From Clostridia bacterium (GTDB taxonomy: Bacteria > Bacillota > Clostridia > Christensenellales > CAG-138): a DNA stretch of 64,000 bases. The stretch lies in the NCBI GenBank assembly GCA_030526425.1, contig JAUNCT010000002.1, forward strand, positions 1-64,000, written 5' to 3'. The translations under genes were made by a program, and so were the position numbers. Below, piece after piece: positions 27,338 to 37,228 of the stretch. Position 1 is the stretch's first letter, and each line of letters starts with the position of its first letter. The notes below the pieces were generated by a model. That model saw only the letters and a list, made by a program, of their open reading frames with translations, had not been told where the DNA came from and ran no database searches.

Positions 27338-28225
27338 TCACTCCGCGGCGTCCTTCTTTTTCAAAAACGCGAGCACGCACTCCTTCAACACGCGCACGCT
27401 CTCGGGGATGCTCTCCCCCCGGCGCGTACCCATGCCGAGCTCGCGGTACGCCGGCGGGTCGAGCGGCACGCAGCGGACGTCGTCCGTCCGCCCGCGGATC
27501 ATCAGCTCCGCCATCAGCGAAACGCCGAGCCCGCTGCCGACCATGCGGATGACCGTTTCGTCGTCCACGCGCGACTCGCGGATCTCGGGCGAAACGCCCG
27601 CGTGTTCGAACACCTCCCGCACGAGCTGATCGAACCGCCCGTAGGGCATCAGAAATTCGCACCCCGCGAACGCCGCCACCGGGAATCGCTCCGCCCCGCT
27701 CAGCGGGTGACGCTTCGGGAGGATCGCATAGAGCGGCTCGTCGTACAGGGGCGTCCAATTGCACGGGCGGTCGTCCTGCTTCGCGGCGAAAATGACGTCC
27801 GTCCCGCCCGATTCCAGCAGTTCGAAGGGTTCGAGCGCGTGGTCGACCATGCGCAGGTCCACCGTGACGTCGGGGCGTTCGCGGCGGAAACGGTACAATA
27901 TCTCGGGCATCCACTGCATCGCCATGCTCGAATACGCCGCGATGCGGATGCTGCCGCGCTCCCGCGCCGTGCACGCGCGCATCTCCGCCGCAAGGCGCTC
28001 GTCCGCCCGCAGCAGTTCTTTGATGTAGGGCAGCAGCTGTTTGCCCGCAGGGGTCAGCCGCACGCCGCCGTGCCCGCGTTCGAGCACCGCGAAACCGATC
28101 TCCCGCTCAAGCCCGTCCATCATGTGCGTCAAGCCGGACTGGGTGTATTCCGTCGCTTCCGCCGCCTTGGTGAAGCTGCCGCATTCCGCGCAGGTCAGCA
28201 GCACCGACCACTTCTTCGTATCCAT
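27338..28225 (-). CDS. LysR family transcriptional regulator
   Basis: N-terminal HTH (VLLTCAECGSFTKAAEATEYTQSGLTHMMDGLEREIG) plus a LysR substrate-binding domain. 295 aa. Confidence 0.9.
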   Translation of the reverse strand: MDTKKWSVLLTCAECGSFTKAAEATEYTQSGLTHMMDGLEREIGFAVLERGHGGVRLTPAGKQLLPYIKELLRADERLAAEMRACTARERGSIRIAAYSSMAMQWMPEILYRFRRERPDVTVDLRMVDHALEPFELLESGGTDVIFAAKQDDRPCNWTPLYDEPLYAILPKRHPLSGAERFPVAAFAGCEFLMPYGRFDQLVREVFEHAGVSPEIRESRVDDETVIRMVGSGLGVSLMAELMIRGRTDDVRCVPLDPPAYRELGMGTRRGESIPESVRVLKECVLAFLKKKDAAE

Positions 28226-28335
28226 ATCCGTTCCTCGTTATCTATTACGGTTTGTCATACTTCTATTCTAATCCCGCGTTTCCTATTCCGCAAGATACAT
28301 GATAAACTCATGGTATTCCACAAAGGGGTTCCATT

Positions 28336-29688
28336 ATGAAAACGAATAAACTCACACGCGCACAGAGTCTTTTGACGGCATTCACGCTGTTCGGTATGTT
28401 CTTCGGGGCGGGCAACATGATCTTCCCCGTGCACCTCGGTCAGCTCGCGGGCAGCCACACTTGGTTGGCGATCCTCGGCTTCTGCGTCACCGCCGTCACC
28501 ATCCCGATCCTCGGCGTCGCCGCCATCGGCTGCACGCATGCGGACGGTCTGCACGCGTTGTCCCAGCGCATCGGCAAGCGCTACGGCACGGTCTTCACCT
28601 GCCTTCTGTACCTCACCATCGGACCCTTCTTCGCCATCCCGCGCTGCGCGACCGTTTCGTTCACCACGGGCATCGTGCCGATGCTCGGCGAAGGTTCCTC
28701 CCACGCCATCCCGCAGCTGATCTTCTCGCTCGTCTTCTTCGCGATCGTGCTGTATTGCTCGCTGCGCCCCGCGAAGATCACCGTGTGGATCGGCAAGATC
28801 ATCAACCCGCTGTTCCTCCTGTTCCTCGCGGTGCTGATCGTTGCGGCGCTGCGTGCGCCGGGCGCGGCGATTTCCGCCGTCGAACCCGCCGCGGGCTATG
28901 AGAACGGCGCGTTCTTCAACGCGCTCATCGAAGGCTACGGCACGATGGACGCCATCGCCGGTCTCGCCTTCGGCATCATCGTGGTGGATATCATCCGCGG
29001 CATGGGTGTGCAAGAAGACGGCGCGGTCGCCAAAGAGGTGCTGCGTTCGGGTCTTCTGACCGGCGCGCTGATGGCGCTCATCTACTGCCTCACGACCGTG
29101 ATCGGCGCCCAGTCCCGCGGGCTGTTCGAGCTTTCCGCAAACGGCGGCATCGCCTTCGTGCAGATCGCCCGCCACTACCTCGGCACGCCCGGTCTCGCGA
29201 TCCTCGCGGTCACGTTCTTCTTCGCCTGCCTCAAAACGGCGCTCGGTCTCGTGACCAGCTGTTCGGAAGCGTTCGTGCGTATGTTCCCGAACTTCATCTC
29301 CTACCGCGCTTGGGCAGTCTTTTTCACGATCTTCTCGTTCGCGGTCTCGAATATCGGTCTTTCGGCGATCATCAACTACAGTCTCCCGATGCTGATGTTC
29401 CTCTACCCGCTGTCGATCACGCTGATTTTGCTGGCGCTCTGCGGCAAGTTCTTCGGTCACGACCGCCGCGTCTACATCTCCGTCACGGCGTGCACGCTGT
29501 TCGCCGCCCTGTTCGACCTCGTCAAGACCCTGCCCGCTTCCGTCGTTTCCTCCCTGCGCCTCGGCGGCATGGTCGGCTTTGCGGAGCGTTTCCTTCCCTG
29601 GTTCGACCTGAACCTCGGCTGGGTCGTACCGGCGCTCATCGGTCTCGCGGTCGGTCTCATCCTCCGCGCGGCAAAGAAAACCGCCTGA
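28336..29688 (+). CDS. brnQ: Branched-chain amino acid transport system II carrier (LIVCS family)
   Basis: FGMFFGAGNMIFP signature. About 12 TM segments. 450 aa. Confidence 0.9.
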   Translation: MKTNKLTRAQSLLTAFTLFGMFFGAGNMIFPVHLGQLAGSHTWLAILGFCVTAVTIPILGVAAIGCTHADGLHALSQRIGKRYGTVFTCLLYLTIGPFFAIPRCATVSFTTGIVPMLGEGSSHAIPQLIFSLVFFAIVLYCSLRPAKITVWIGKIINPLFLLFLAVLIVAALRAPGAAISAVEPAAGYENGAFFNALIEGYGTMDAIAGLAFGIIVVDIIRGMGVQEDGAVAKEVLRSGLLTGALMALIYCLTTVIGAQSRGLFELSANGGIAFVQIARHYLGTPGLAILAVTFFFACLKTALGLVTSCSEAFVRMFPNFISYRAWAVFFTIFSFAVSNIGLSAIINYSLPMLMFLYPLSITLILLALCGKFFGHDRRVYISVTACTLFAALFDLVKTLPASVVSSLRLGGMVGFAERFLPWFDLNLGWVVPALIGLAVGLILRAAKKTA

Positions 29689-29705
29689 ACGCATCCCGTT
29701 TCACA

Positions 29706-29739
29706 AAGCACCGTTCTCTCGGGGACGGTGCTTTTTTCA
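29706..29739 (+). terminator. Terminator after brnQ
   Basis: agcaccgt / acggtgct stem followed by a T6 run. Confidence 0.75.
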
Positions 29740-29840
29740 TACCGTCCGCCCGCACTCCTTGCGCGGCTCCGCCCGCCTTGGTATGATGGAAAGAAAACGC
29801 GTCCCCTCCGCGGGACCCGTTTCCGAAGGAGACCCAACGT

Positions 29841-31121
29841 ATGGAATGGACAACCATCACCCTGCTGGCGCTCGGCGCCGTCAACGCGGGGCTTCTGATC
29901 GCAGCGGTCGTGCTGCTCGCCAAACCGCGGGACAAACGCACCCGCAAGGACATCGCCCGCGGCGTCGCTTTGATGAAGGAAGCGCTCGGCGAGGAGCTCG
30001 GCGCCGTCCGCAAGGAGCTCACGAGTTCCCAGTCCGACCTCCGTCAGGAGGTCACCGCCGGCGTTTCGAACCTCGGCAACATGCTGACCGAACAGCAGCG
30101 CGCCGCCGCCGCGCAGCAGGAGGAGCGCCTGCGTTCCTTCGAGCAGCAGAACATCCGCTCGCTCGAGCTCGTCCGGCAGATGACGGAGCACCGCCTCACC
30201 AAGCTGCAGGAGGACAACAACAAGCGCCTCGACGAGATCCACGGCATCGTCGACGAAAAGCTGCAGAAGACCCTCGAGGAGCGCATGGACCGCTCCTTCC
30301 GCCTCGTGAGCGAACGGCTCGAGCAGGTGTACAAGGGGCTCGGTGAGATGCAGACCCTCGCCAACGGCGTCGGCGACCTCAAAAAGGTGCTGTCGAACGT
30401 GAAGACGCGCGGCATCCTCGGGGAGATCCAGCTCGGCGCGATCCTGCGCGAGGTCCTCTCCCCCGCGCAGTACCTCGAAAACGCCGTCACCAAGCGCGAC
30501 GCGACCGAGCGCGTGGAGTTCGCCATCAAGCTGCCCACCGAAGACGGCGGCACGGTGCTGCTCCCGGTCGATTCGAAGTTCCCCGGCGACACCTACCGCG
30601 CCTTGCTCGACGCGCGGGACACCTGCGATAAGGATGCCATCCAGAAGGCCGGCGAAGAATTCGAACGCCGCCTGCGCCGCGAGGCGAAGGACATCCGCGA
30701 GAAGTACGTCGATCCGCCGCAGACGACCGAGTTCGGCGTGATGTTCCTGCCCTTCGAAGGGCTCTACGCCGAGGCCGTCAACCGCGGCATGGTCGAAGAG
30801 CTGCAGAACACCTACCGCATCAGCATCGCGGGGCCGTCGACGATGGCGGCACTGCTGAACACGCTGCAGATGGGCTTCCGCACGGTGGCGCTGCAAAAGC
30901 GTTCCGGCGAGGTCTGGAAGGTGCTCGGCGCCGTCCGCACGGAGTTCTCGAACTTCGAAGACGTACTCCGCACCTCGCAGCGGCAGATCTCGCAGGTGAG
31001 CGAAAACCTCGACAAGCTCGTCGGCGTGCGCACGCGGCGCATCCTGAAAACGCTGAACTCCGTTGAGGAGCTCGAACCCGACAGCGCCGAGCAGCTGCTC
31101 GTCGGTGCGGACGACGAATGA
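29841..31121 (+). CDS. rmuC: DNA recombination protein RmuC
   Basis: N-terminal TM, long coiled coil and a conserved RmuC C-terminal domain (VEFAIKLP...GVMFLPFEGLYAEA). Confidence 0.85.
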   Translation: MEWTTITLLALGAVNAGLLIAAVVLLAKPRDKRTRKDIARGVALMKEALGEELGAVRKELTSSQSDLRQEVTAGVSNLGNMLTEQQRAAAAQQEERLRSFEQQNIRSLELVRQMTEHRLTKLQEDNNKRLDEIHGIVDEKLQKTLEERMDRSFRLVSERLEQVYKGLGEMQTLANGVGDLKKVLSNVKTRGILGEIQLGAILREVLSPAQYLENAVTKRDATERVEFAIKLPTEDGGTVLLPVDSKFPGDTYRALLDARDTCDKDAIQKAGEEFERRLRREAKDIREKYVDPPQTTEFGVMFLPFEGLYAEAVNRGMVEELQNTYRISIAGPSTMAALLNTLQMGFRTVALQKRSGEVWKVLGAVRTEFSNFEDVLRTSQRQISQVSENLDKLVGVRTRRILKTLNSVEELEPDSAEQLLVGADDE

Positions 31122-31217
31122 CCTGTCCGTTTTATCGGATACCCTTTGCGGTACACTGACCCATGACCACACGGCGCCCGACCGTCCCCGGCGGCGCCTT
31201 TTTATTCGGAGGCAACG

Positions 31218-33371
31218 ATGTCGGAACTGTTCCAAGATCTCAACCCGTCCCAGCTCGAGGCGGTCACCGCGACGGAAGGCTTCGTCCGCGTCATCGCGGG
31301 CGCGGGCTCGGGCAAAACGCGCGCCCTGTCGCACCGGTTCGCTTACCTCGTCAACGAGCTGGGCATCCTGCCGGGCAACATCCTGTGCGTGACCTTCACG
31401 AACAAATCGGCGAACGAGATGCGCCAGCGCATCCACACCCTCACGGGGGACAACGACACCGGCTACATCAACACCTTCCACGGGTTCTGCGTTTCCGTCC
31501 TGCAGGAGGACATCCACGCCGTGCAGTACCCGAAGAGCTTCCTCGTGCTCGACAATTCGGATATCGACGCGATGCTTCAGATCATCTACGAGGAGCGGAA
31601 GCTGAGCCTCCGCGACATGACCTTTTCCAACGCGCGCGACCGCATCGAGATCCGCAAGCTCCTCAAGGAGCCGGAGTACTACCGCGATCTCATCGCCATG
31701 TCGCCCGAGACCCTGAAGGAAAAGTACGATGCCGCCGTGCACCCCGAGGACATCATCTTCTACGGTTACCTGTACCAGCAGAAGAAATGCTTCGGGCTCG
31801 ATTACAACGACCTCATCAAGTTCACGCTCGCGATCTTCGAGCAAAGCGAAGAGATCCGCCTCAAGTGGCAGCAGCGGCTCGAATACATCATGATCGACGA
31901 GTTTCAGGATATCGACGAGCTGCAGTACGAGCTCATGCGCGTGCTGTGCGGCTACCACAAAAACCTGTTCATCGTCGGCGACCCGGATCAGACGATCTAC
32001 ACCTGGCGCGGCGCGAACGTGAAGTTCCTGCTCGATTTCGATCAGGCGTTCCCCGGCACCCGCACGATCCGCATGCTCGAGAACTACCGCTCGACACCCG
32101 AGATCCTCACCGCCGCCAACGCGCTCATCGACAAAAACACGACCCGCATCAAAAAGGACCTCGTGCCCGTTCTGCCGCACGGCGCGCCGGTCACCTGCTG
32201 TTTTTCCGAAAACCAGACCGCCGAGGCGCTGTGGATCGCCGCCGAAATGAAGCACCTGCACGCCGAAGGCGTCCCCTTCCGCGATATGACGGTGCTGTAC
32301 CGCGCCCACTACGTGACCCGCGCCGTGGAGGAGGTCTTCCTCAAGGAGCAGCTGCCCTACACCATCTACAGCGGCGTACCCTTCTTCGGGCGCATGGAGA
32401 TCAAGGACGCGCTCTCCTACCTCCGCATGATCGTCTACCGCGACGACCTGTCCTTCAAACGCATCGCGAACACCCCGAAACGCAACCTCGGCAACCGCCG
32501 CATGGCGTTCCTGCGGGAGCTTGCGGAAAAGGAGCGCTGCACCCTGTACGAGGCACTGAAGCTGAGCCTCGGCGACCCGCTCTTCAAAGGCACGAAGGCG
32601 AACGCCTTCGTCAAGCTGATCGAGCGCTTCGGCGCGGAGTGTCACGACCGCCCGGTCTCGGAGGTCCTGACGGCGCTCATCCACGAAAGCGGTTACGAAG
32701 AGATGCTCCGCACGGAGGGCGCGCAGGACCGGCTGGACAACCTCGCCGAGCTGAAGCAATCCGTGTACGATTACGAAACGACCTGCGGCGAGGAATGCAC
32801 GCTCGAGCACTACCTCAGCCACGTGGCGCTGTTCACCAACGTTGACGCCGCCGACCGCGCCGACAAGGTGAAGCTCATGACCGTGCACGCCGCGAAGGGT
32901 CTGGAGTTCCCCTATGTGTGGCTCATCGGCATGAACGAGGGCATCTTTCCCTCGCGCAAGGTGCGCACCGCGCCCGCCATGGAAGAGGAGCGCCGCCTCT
33001 GCTTCGTCGCCCTGACCCGCGCCGAAAAGCGCCTGTACCTTTCCGAGGCCGAGGGGCGGAACATCGACGGCACGCCGCGCTACCCCTCGCGCTTCCTGCT
33101 GGATATCGGCAAGGAAAACATGGTCTTCCCCATCCCCCCGCGGGATGGTTTGATCCCCAAGGCGGAAGCCTTCATCCGGATGCGGAGCTTCGCGATCCTG
33201 CCGGATGAGGAAACGGGCGTCTTCGCCGAAGGGAGCCGCGTGCGCCACGCGGTCTTCGGTCCCGGCACGGTCCTCGGCTGCGACCGGGACAAGGGCGTGC
33301 ACGTCGTTCTGTTCGACGGCATGGAGACCCCGCGCCAAATCTCCTTCCGCGCCAAGCTCGAGCGGGAATGA
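31218..33371 (+). CDS. ATP-dependent DNA helicase, UvrD/PcrA/Rep family
   Basis: Walker A AGAGSGKTRAL, DEFQD and the remaining SF1 helicase motifs. 717 aa. Confidence 0.9.
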   Translation: MSELFQDLNPSQLEAVTATEGFVRVIAGAGSGKTRALSHRFAYLVNELGILPGNILCVTFTNKSANEMRQRIHTLTGDNDTGYINTFHGFCVSVLQEDIHAVQYPKSFLVLDNSDIDAMLQIIYEERKLSLRDMTFSNARDRIEIRKLLKEPEYYRDLIAMSPETLKEKYDAAVHPEDIIFYGYLYQQKKCFGLDYNDLIKFTLAIFEQSEEIRLKWQQRLEYIMIDEFQDIDELQYELMRVLCGYHKNLFIVGDPDQTIYTWRGANVKFLLDFDQAFPGTRTIRMLENYRSTPEILTAANALIDKNTTRIKKDLVPVLPHGAPVTCCFSENQTAEALWIAAEMKHLHAEGVPFRDMTVLYRAHYVTRAVEEVFLKEQLPYTIYSGVPFFGRMEIKDALSYLRMIVYRDDLSFKRIANTPKRNLGNRRMAFLRELAEKERCTLYEALKLSLGDPLFKGTKANAFVKLIERFGAECHDRPVSEVLTALIHESGYEEMLRTEGAQDRLDNLAELKQSVYDYETTCGEECTLEHYLSHVALFTNVDAADRADKVKLMTVHAAKGLEFPYVWLIGMNEGIFPSRKVRTAPAMEEERRLCFVALTRAEKRLYLSEAEGRNIDGTPRYPSRFLLDIGKENMVFPIPPRDGLIPKAEAFIRMRSFAILPDEETGVFAEGSRVRHAVFGPGTVLGCDRDKGVHVVLFDGMETPRQISFRAKLERE

Positions 33372-33402
33372 TCCCCCGTTCGGCACGATATCGGTTTATA
33401 TG

Positions 33403-33440
33403 AAAAACGCACGGACGTCTTCGGACATCCGTGCGTTTTC
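33403..33440. terminator. Bidirectional terminator after the helicase gene
   Basis: aacgcacggacgtc / gacatccgtgcgtt stem flanked by an A-run and a T-run. Confidence 0.7.
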
Positions 33441-33452
33441 TTCTTGGGTTCG

Positions 33453-34448
33453 TTACGGTTTCACCGGTGCGCCGCAGTGCGAGCAAGTCACGTCGCTCTC
33501 GCTCACCTTGCAGTCGCAATAGGGGCACACGCCGGGCGCCGCAGGCTGCGCTTCCGCAAAACGTTTCCGCCGCGCGTGCGAACGGAGGATGAGCACCGCC
33601 AGCAGCACATACACCCCGAACAGGATGCAGGCGATGACGATCGCCGCGGGGAAGGTGAACTTCACATCCATCACCGTCTCGCCGAGCTCGTCGAACGCCT
33701 TCGCGACCGCCTCGCCGACCTCCTCGGGGTCCGCGCGCAGCAGGCGCCGCTGCAGCAGTTCGCCGAACTTCCACCGCGCCTCGAGGTCGATGGTCTCCGG
33801 CGTATCCTCACCGATCATGCCCTGCCATTTCCAGTCGATCAGCCCCGTCACTTCATCTGCGGCGGGATACGAAACGACGATCAGCCAATGCTTCTCATCG
33901 TCGAACAGGCGCAGGTACTCGTGGTAAGCGAAGGTCTCGCAGTCCTGATAGAAGCCGACCCAGCTCTCCTCGTCCACCACGACGAGCGATGGCGTGACGC
34001 CCGTTTTTTCGCGGAAGTCCGCAAAGGAGCTTTCCACCGGCGCGGTATCCGCGATGAGGTCCGCCCGGTCCTCGATGACGATGCGGCTGTCGTAGCTCGC
34101 GGGGTCGATCCGCTTCGGCACCGAAACGCCGAAGCTCCACAGCACGATCACGAACGGCAGGAAGAACGCCGCGATCAGCATCAAAATCGCAAACACGCCG
34201 AACTTCGACGGTTCGGACCGCTCGCCCGACTGCCAGAAGACCTCGCGCTTGCCGTTGCGCATGAACACGTAAGGGCGGGCGTTGCCGTAAGGCTTCCCGG
34301 AGATCGGACCGGAGGTGCTGCCCCCGTGCGCGTACCCGTGGGATGTGCTGCGCGTGGACCCGCGCGATGAACTGTGTGATGTACTGTGCGATGAGCCACC
34401 CGAGCGGTGCCCGCCGGAATGCGAACCGCCGCCTGAAGATACCGGCAT
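33453..34448 (-). CDS. Hypothetical membrane protein with a Gly/Ser/His-rich N-terminus, two TM segments and a C-terminal Cys4 zinc ribbon
   Basis: Start set at MPVSSGGG (ATG 34446-34448) with a GAGGAAAA RBS. C-terminal CPYCDC...CSHCG. Domain assignment is uncertain. Confidence 0.5.
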   Translation of the reverse strand: MPVSSGGGSHSGGHRSGGSSHSTSHSSSRGSTRSTSHGYAHGGSTSGPISGKPYGNARPYVFMRNGKREVFWQSGERSEPSKFGVFAILMLIAAFFLPFVIVLWSFGVSVPKRIDPASYDSRIVIEDRADLIADTAPVESSFADFREKTGVTPSLVVVDEESWVGFYQDCETFAYHEYLRLFDDEKHWLIVVSYPAADEVTGLIDWKWQGMIGEDTPETIDLEARWKFGELLQRRLLRADPEEVGEAVAKAFDELGETVMDVKFTFPAAIVIACILFGVYVLLAVLILRSHARRKRFAEAQPAAPGVCPYCDCKVSESDVTCSHCGAPVKP

Positions 34449-34625
34449 ATCGTTTTCCTCTTTTCCCTGTTGTCGGCTTTTCCGCGTATGCGGGAGGCAG
34501 CCGCCGCCTCGATCTCTACTTGCGTGATTATAGCACAAACAGCACGCGCTTCTCAATGCCGTGCCACAGTTCCCCAAAACAAAACGCCCCTTTTCCACCG
34601 GGTCGCGGAAAAGAGGCGATGCGAT

Positions 34626-35231
34626 TCAAGCGCGGAGGAACCGCGGGTCGAGCGTGCAGCGTCCGTCCTCCGTTTCCGTCACGGGGATCGGCACCGCACA
34701 GCGGATATCGTACAGGCTCCGCGTGCCGGGCGCGGGCTTTCTCAAACAATCGAGCAGGATGCGGATGAGCCCGCCGTGGCTCACGACGGCGATGTTTCCC
34801 GAACTCTTGCGGATGACGGAGAGCGCCGCTTGCGCGCGGAGCATCCCCGCCGCATCCGTCTCACCGCCGGGCGGCGGAAAGCACAGGCCCTTTTCGAACG
34901 CCTCCCCGTATTCCTCGCGGACGGAACGCACCGTGCGCCCTTCCCAAAGACCGGGGTCGAGCTCGGTCAGGTCCTCCAGTACGGCGGGCGTACAGCCCAC
35001 GCGGCGGGCAATGGCGTCGGCGGTCTCCCTGCAGCGGGTCAGCGGGCTTGTGAACACAGCGGTCACGCCGGCAGCCGCCAAGGTCTCCGCCACAGCCTCC
35101 GCCTGCCGCTTCCCCTCAGCGCACAGCGGATAATCCAGCCTGCGCCCGAGGTAGACGCGCTCCCCGTCCGGAAACAGCGGCTCCGCATGGCGCACGAAAT
35201 ACAGCGTGCGCGCCTTCCGGGACTCAGGCAT
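34626..35231 (-). CDS. Histidine phosphatase family protein (phosphoglycerate-mutase-like; CobC/alpha-ribazole-phosphatase-type)
   Basis: LYFVRHAE (RHG-type catalytic His motif) and a later VVSHGG His. 201 aa. Confidence 0.75.
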   Translation of the reverse strand: MPESRKARTLYFVRHAEPLFPDGERVYLGRRLDYPLCAEGKRQAEAVAETLAAAGVTAVFTSPLTRCRETADAIARRVGCTPAVLEDLTELDPGLWEGRTVRSVREEYGEAFEKGLCFPPPGGETDAAGMLRAQAALSVIRKSSGNIAVVSHGGLIRILLDCLRKPAPGTRSLYDIRCAVPIPVTETEDGRCTLDPRFLRA

Positions 35232-36054
35232 AGGAATGCAGACCCGCCAGCAGCTTGTTGACGCCCGCGAACGTGAACAGCACGCACACGAAGGCGATCG
35301 CGCAGAACCACGCCATCTTCTTGCCGCGCCAGTTCTTGCGGATGCGGTTATGCAGCAGCACAGAGTAGATGAGCCAAGTGATCAGCGCCCAGGTCTCCTT
35401 CGGGTCCCAGGTCCAGAACGAACCCCACGCCTGTTCCGCCCAGACGCAGCCGGAGAGGATGACGACCGTCAGCAGCAAAAAGCCGAAGCAGACGAGCTTG
35501 TAGCTGAGCGTATCGAGCTTTTCGAGGTGCGCCTCCTCTTCCGCGCGCGCATTTGCGGAAAGCGTTCCGAGCTTTTTCTCCTTCATCAGGTAGCGCACGG
35601 AAAAACCCGCCGCCAGCGCGAAGCCGGAGTAGGAGAACACCGCCGCGCCGATGTGCAGCGCGAACCAGGAGGAGCGCAGCGAGGGCATGAGTTCCGCCGC
35701 GATCTGGTCGGGCTTCGCCTGGAACGCCGCATACGAAAGGATGAGGAACGCCAGCGGCAGACCCGCCGTCACGACCCAATCCATCCCGCGTTTCCCCGCG
35801 ATGCGGAGGACGACCGCCATCAGCGCGATGCCCCACGCGAACGCCGTCGCGAACTCGAACTGGTTGGAAAGCGGGAGCCGTCCGCCCTTGACGCCGCGCA
35901 CGACGAGGTACGCCGTGTGGAGCGCGAGCGATACGAGCAAGCCGTACCAAGCGGCCTGCTTCAGCCCTTCCTTCCGGAAGGCGGTCCCGAGGAACTGCAG
36001 CAACGTCGCGATGAAGTACAGCGCGATCGGCGCGAAGAACAGAAAATTCAGCAT
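35224..36054 (-). CDS. ccsA: Cytochrome c-type biogenesis protein CcsA/ResC (system II haem lyase subunit)
   Basis: WGSFWTWDPKE matches the WWD-domain WGxxWxWD haem-handling motif. Polytopic membrane protein. Confidence 0.85.
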   Translation of the reverse strand: MLNFLFFAPIALYFIATLLQFLGTAFRKEGLKQAAWYGLLVSLALHTAYLVVRGVKGGRLPLSNQFEFATAFAWGIALMAVVLRIAGKRGMDWVVTAGLPLAFLILSYAAFQAKPDQIAAELMPSLRSSWFALHIGAAVFSYSGFALAAGFSVRYLMKEKKLGTLSANARAEEEAHLEKLDTLSYKLVCFGFLLLTVVILSGCVWAEQAWGSFWTWDPKETWALITWLIYSVLLHNRIRKNWRGKKMAWFCAIAFVCVLFTFAGVNKLLAGLHSYA

Positions 36055-36076
36055 GGTTTCTCCTTTCGTTATGGGG

Positions 36077-37228
36077 TCATTTCAGGGTCGTCACGGTCAT
36101 CTTGTTCCCGCGGACGGTCACGACCTTCGGCACCGCGAAGAAGCACAGGTACAGACCGAAGGTCAGCATCAAAAACGATGCGTACATCAGGGGCATCACA
36201 AAGCGCGGCAGGTATTTCACATTGAACACCGGGTAGATCGATGGGAATCGCACGTAAACGCCGCCTGCCGTCAGCACCGTGCCGGGCAGAACGACGCCCA
36301 TCTTCTCCTCGCCGTTCTCAATGGTCGCCGCGAGGTAGCAAGGGTTTTTGAGCGCGCCGTTCGCCGTGGACATCGGCACGATCTGCCCGTCTTCTGCGGT
36401 CATGTGGTCGGGATAAATGGCGTCGATCCGCACGCCGTCCTCCCCGCCGAGGCTCAAAAACGCGGGTCCTTCGAGTTCGAGCGGCATCGGCTGATCGTTC
36501 TCCTCCGTCCACAGTTCGACCTCCGCCGCGTTCATGGTGTACGACTGCTGGTAAACGGTGTAGTTGCCGAAGCGCACCGGTTCGTTGACGCGGATGACCT
36601 TGTCCTCCGCCGCCTGCCCGGGGTGCGTCAGCGTGACGTTCGAAATGTAATCGGTCTCGCCGGAAACGTTCTTCATGTCGAAGGACTTCACGACGATCTC
36701 CGTCCCGTCGGGCAGCGTCGCCGATTGACCGATCTTCACGCCGACCTCCTGCGCGCTCTGCAGGCTGAACACCAACGCCGCCGAAACAAACAGCAGCAAC
36801 AGCCCGAGGTGCGTCAGGAACGAGCCGTAAAAACCCGCGCCGTTGACGAGATGCGTCCCCGGCTTGACCTCTTTCTTGCCGAGCCCGCGCAGCGCCCCCT
36901 CTGAAAACGCGGTGCTTTCGCCGTTGTTCTCCGCCTTTTTGAGCAGGGCTTCCTTGCGGTTGCCGACCTTACCGAAGCGCACCACCGAGCACAGCGTGAG
37001 GTTCAGACACAACAGCGCGAACAGCGCCACGAAGTACCACATCGAAAAGATGCGGTTGAACCCGAGCGTATCGATGATCCCACCCCAGGTCTCGCCGTAC
37101 CGTACGATGACCGACGCGCGGTCGACACCCTGCGGGACGACCGTGCCCGGCAGGCTCAGCACCGCGATGAGGATCAGCAACAAGATGCCGAAGCGCATCG
37201 AGCGCAGGTAGTTCAAAACCTTCTTCAT
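36077..37228 (-). CDS. resB: Cytochrome c biogenesis protein ResB/CcsB
   Basis: N-terminal TM, large extracytoplasmic domain and C-terminal TMs. Start set at MKKVLNYLRSMRFGILLL (ATG 37226-37228). Confidence 0.75.
   Translation of the reverse strand: MKKVLNYLRSMRFGILLLILIAVLSLPGTVVPQGVDRASVIVRYGETWGGIIDTLGFNRIFSMWYFVALFALLCLNLTLCSVVRFGKVGNRKEALLKKAENNGESTAFSEGALRGLGKKEVKPGTHLVNGAGFYGSFLTHLGLLLLFVSAALVFSLQSAQEVGVKIGQSATLPDGTEIVVKSFDMKNVSGETDYISNVTLTHPGQAAEDKVIRVNEPVRFGNYTVYQQSYTMNAAEVELWTEENDQPMPLELEGPAFLSLGGEDGVRIDAIYPDHMTAEDGQIVPMSTANGALKNPCYLAATIENGEEKMGVVLPGTVLTAGGVYVRFPSIYPVFNVKYLPRFVMPLMYASFLMLTFGLYLCFFAVPKVVTVRGNKMTVTTLK

Noticed and set aside
29472-33386. 1304-aa minus-strand ORF, the largest in the window
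   Set aside because: It is antisense to rmuC and the UvrD-family helicase, which carry Walker A and DEFQD motifs. It has no RBS and no motifs.
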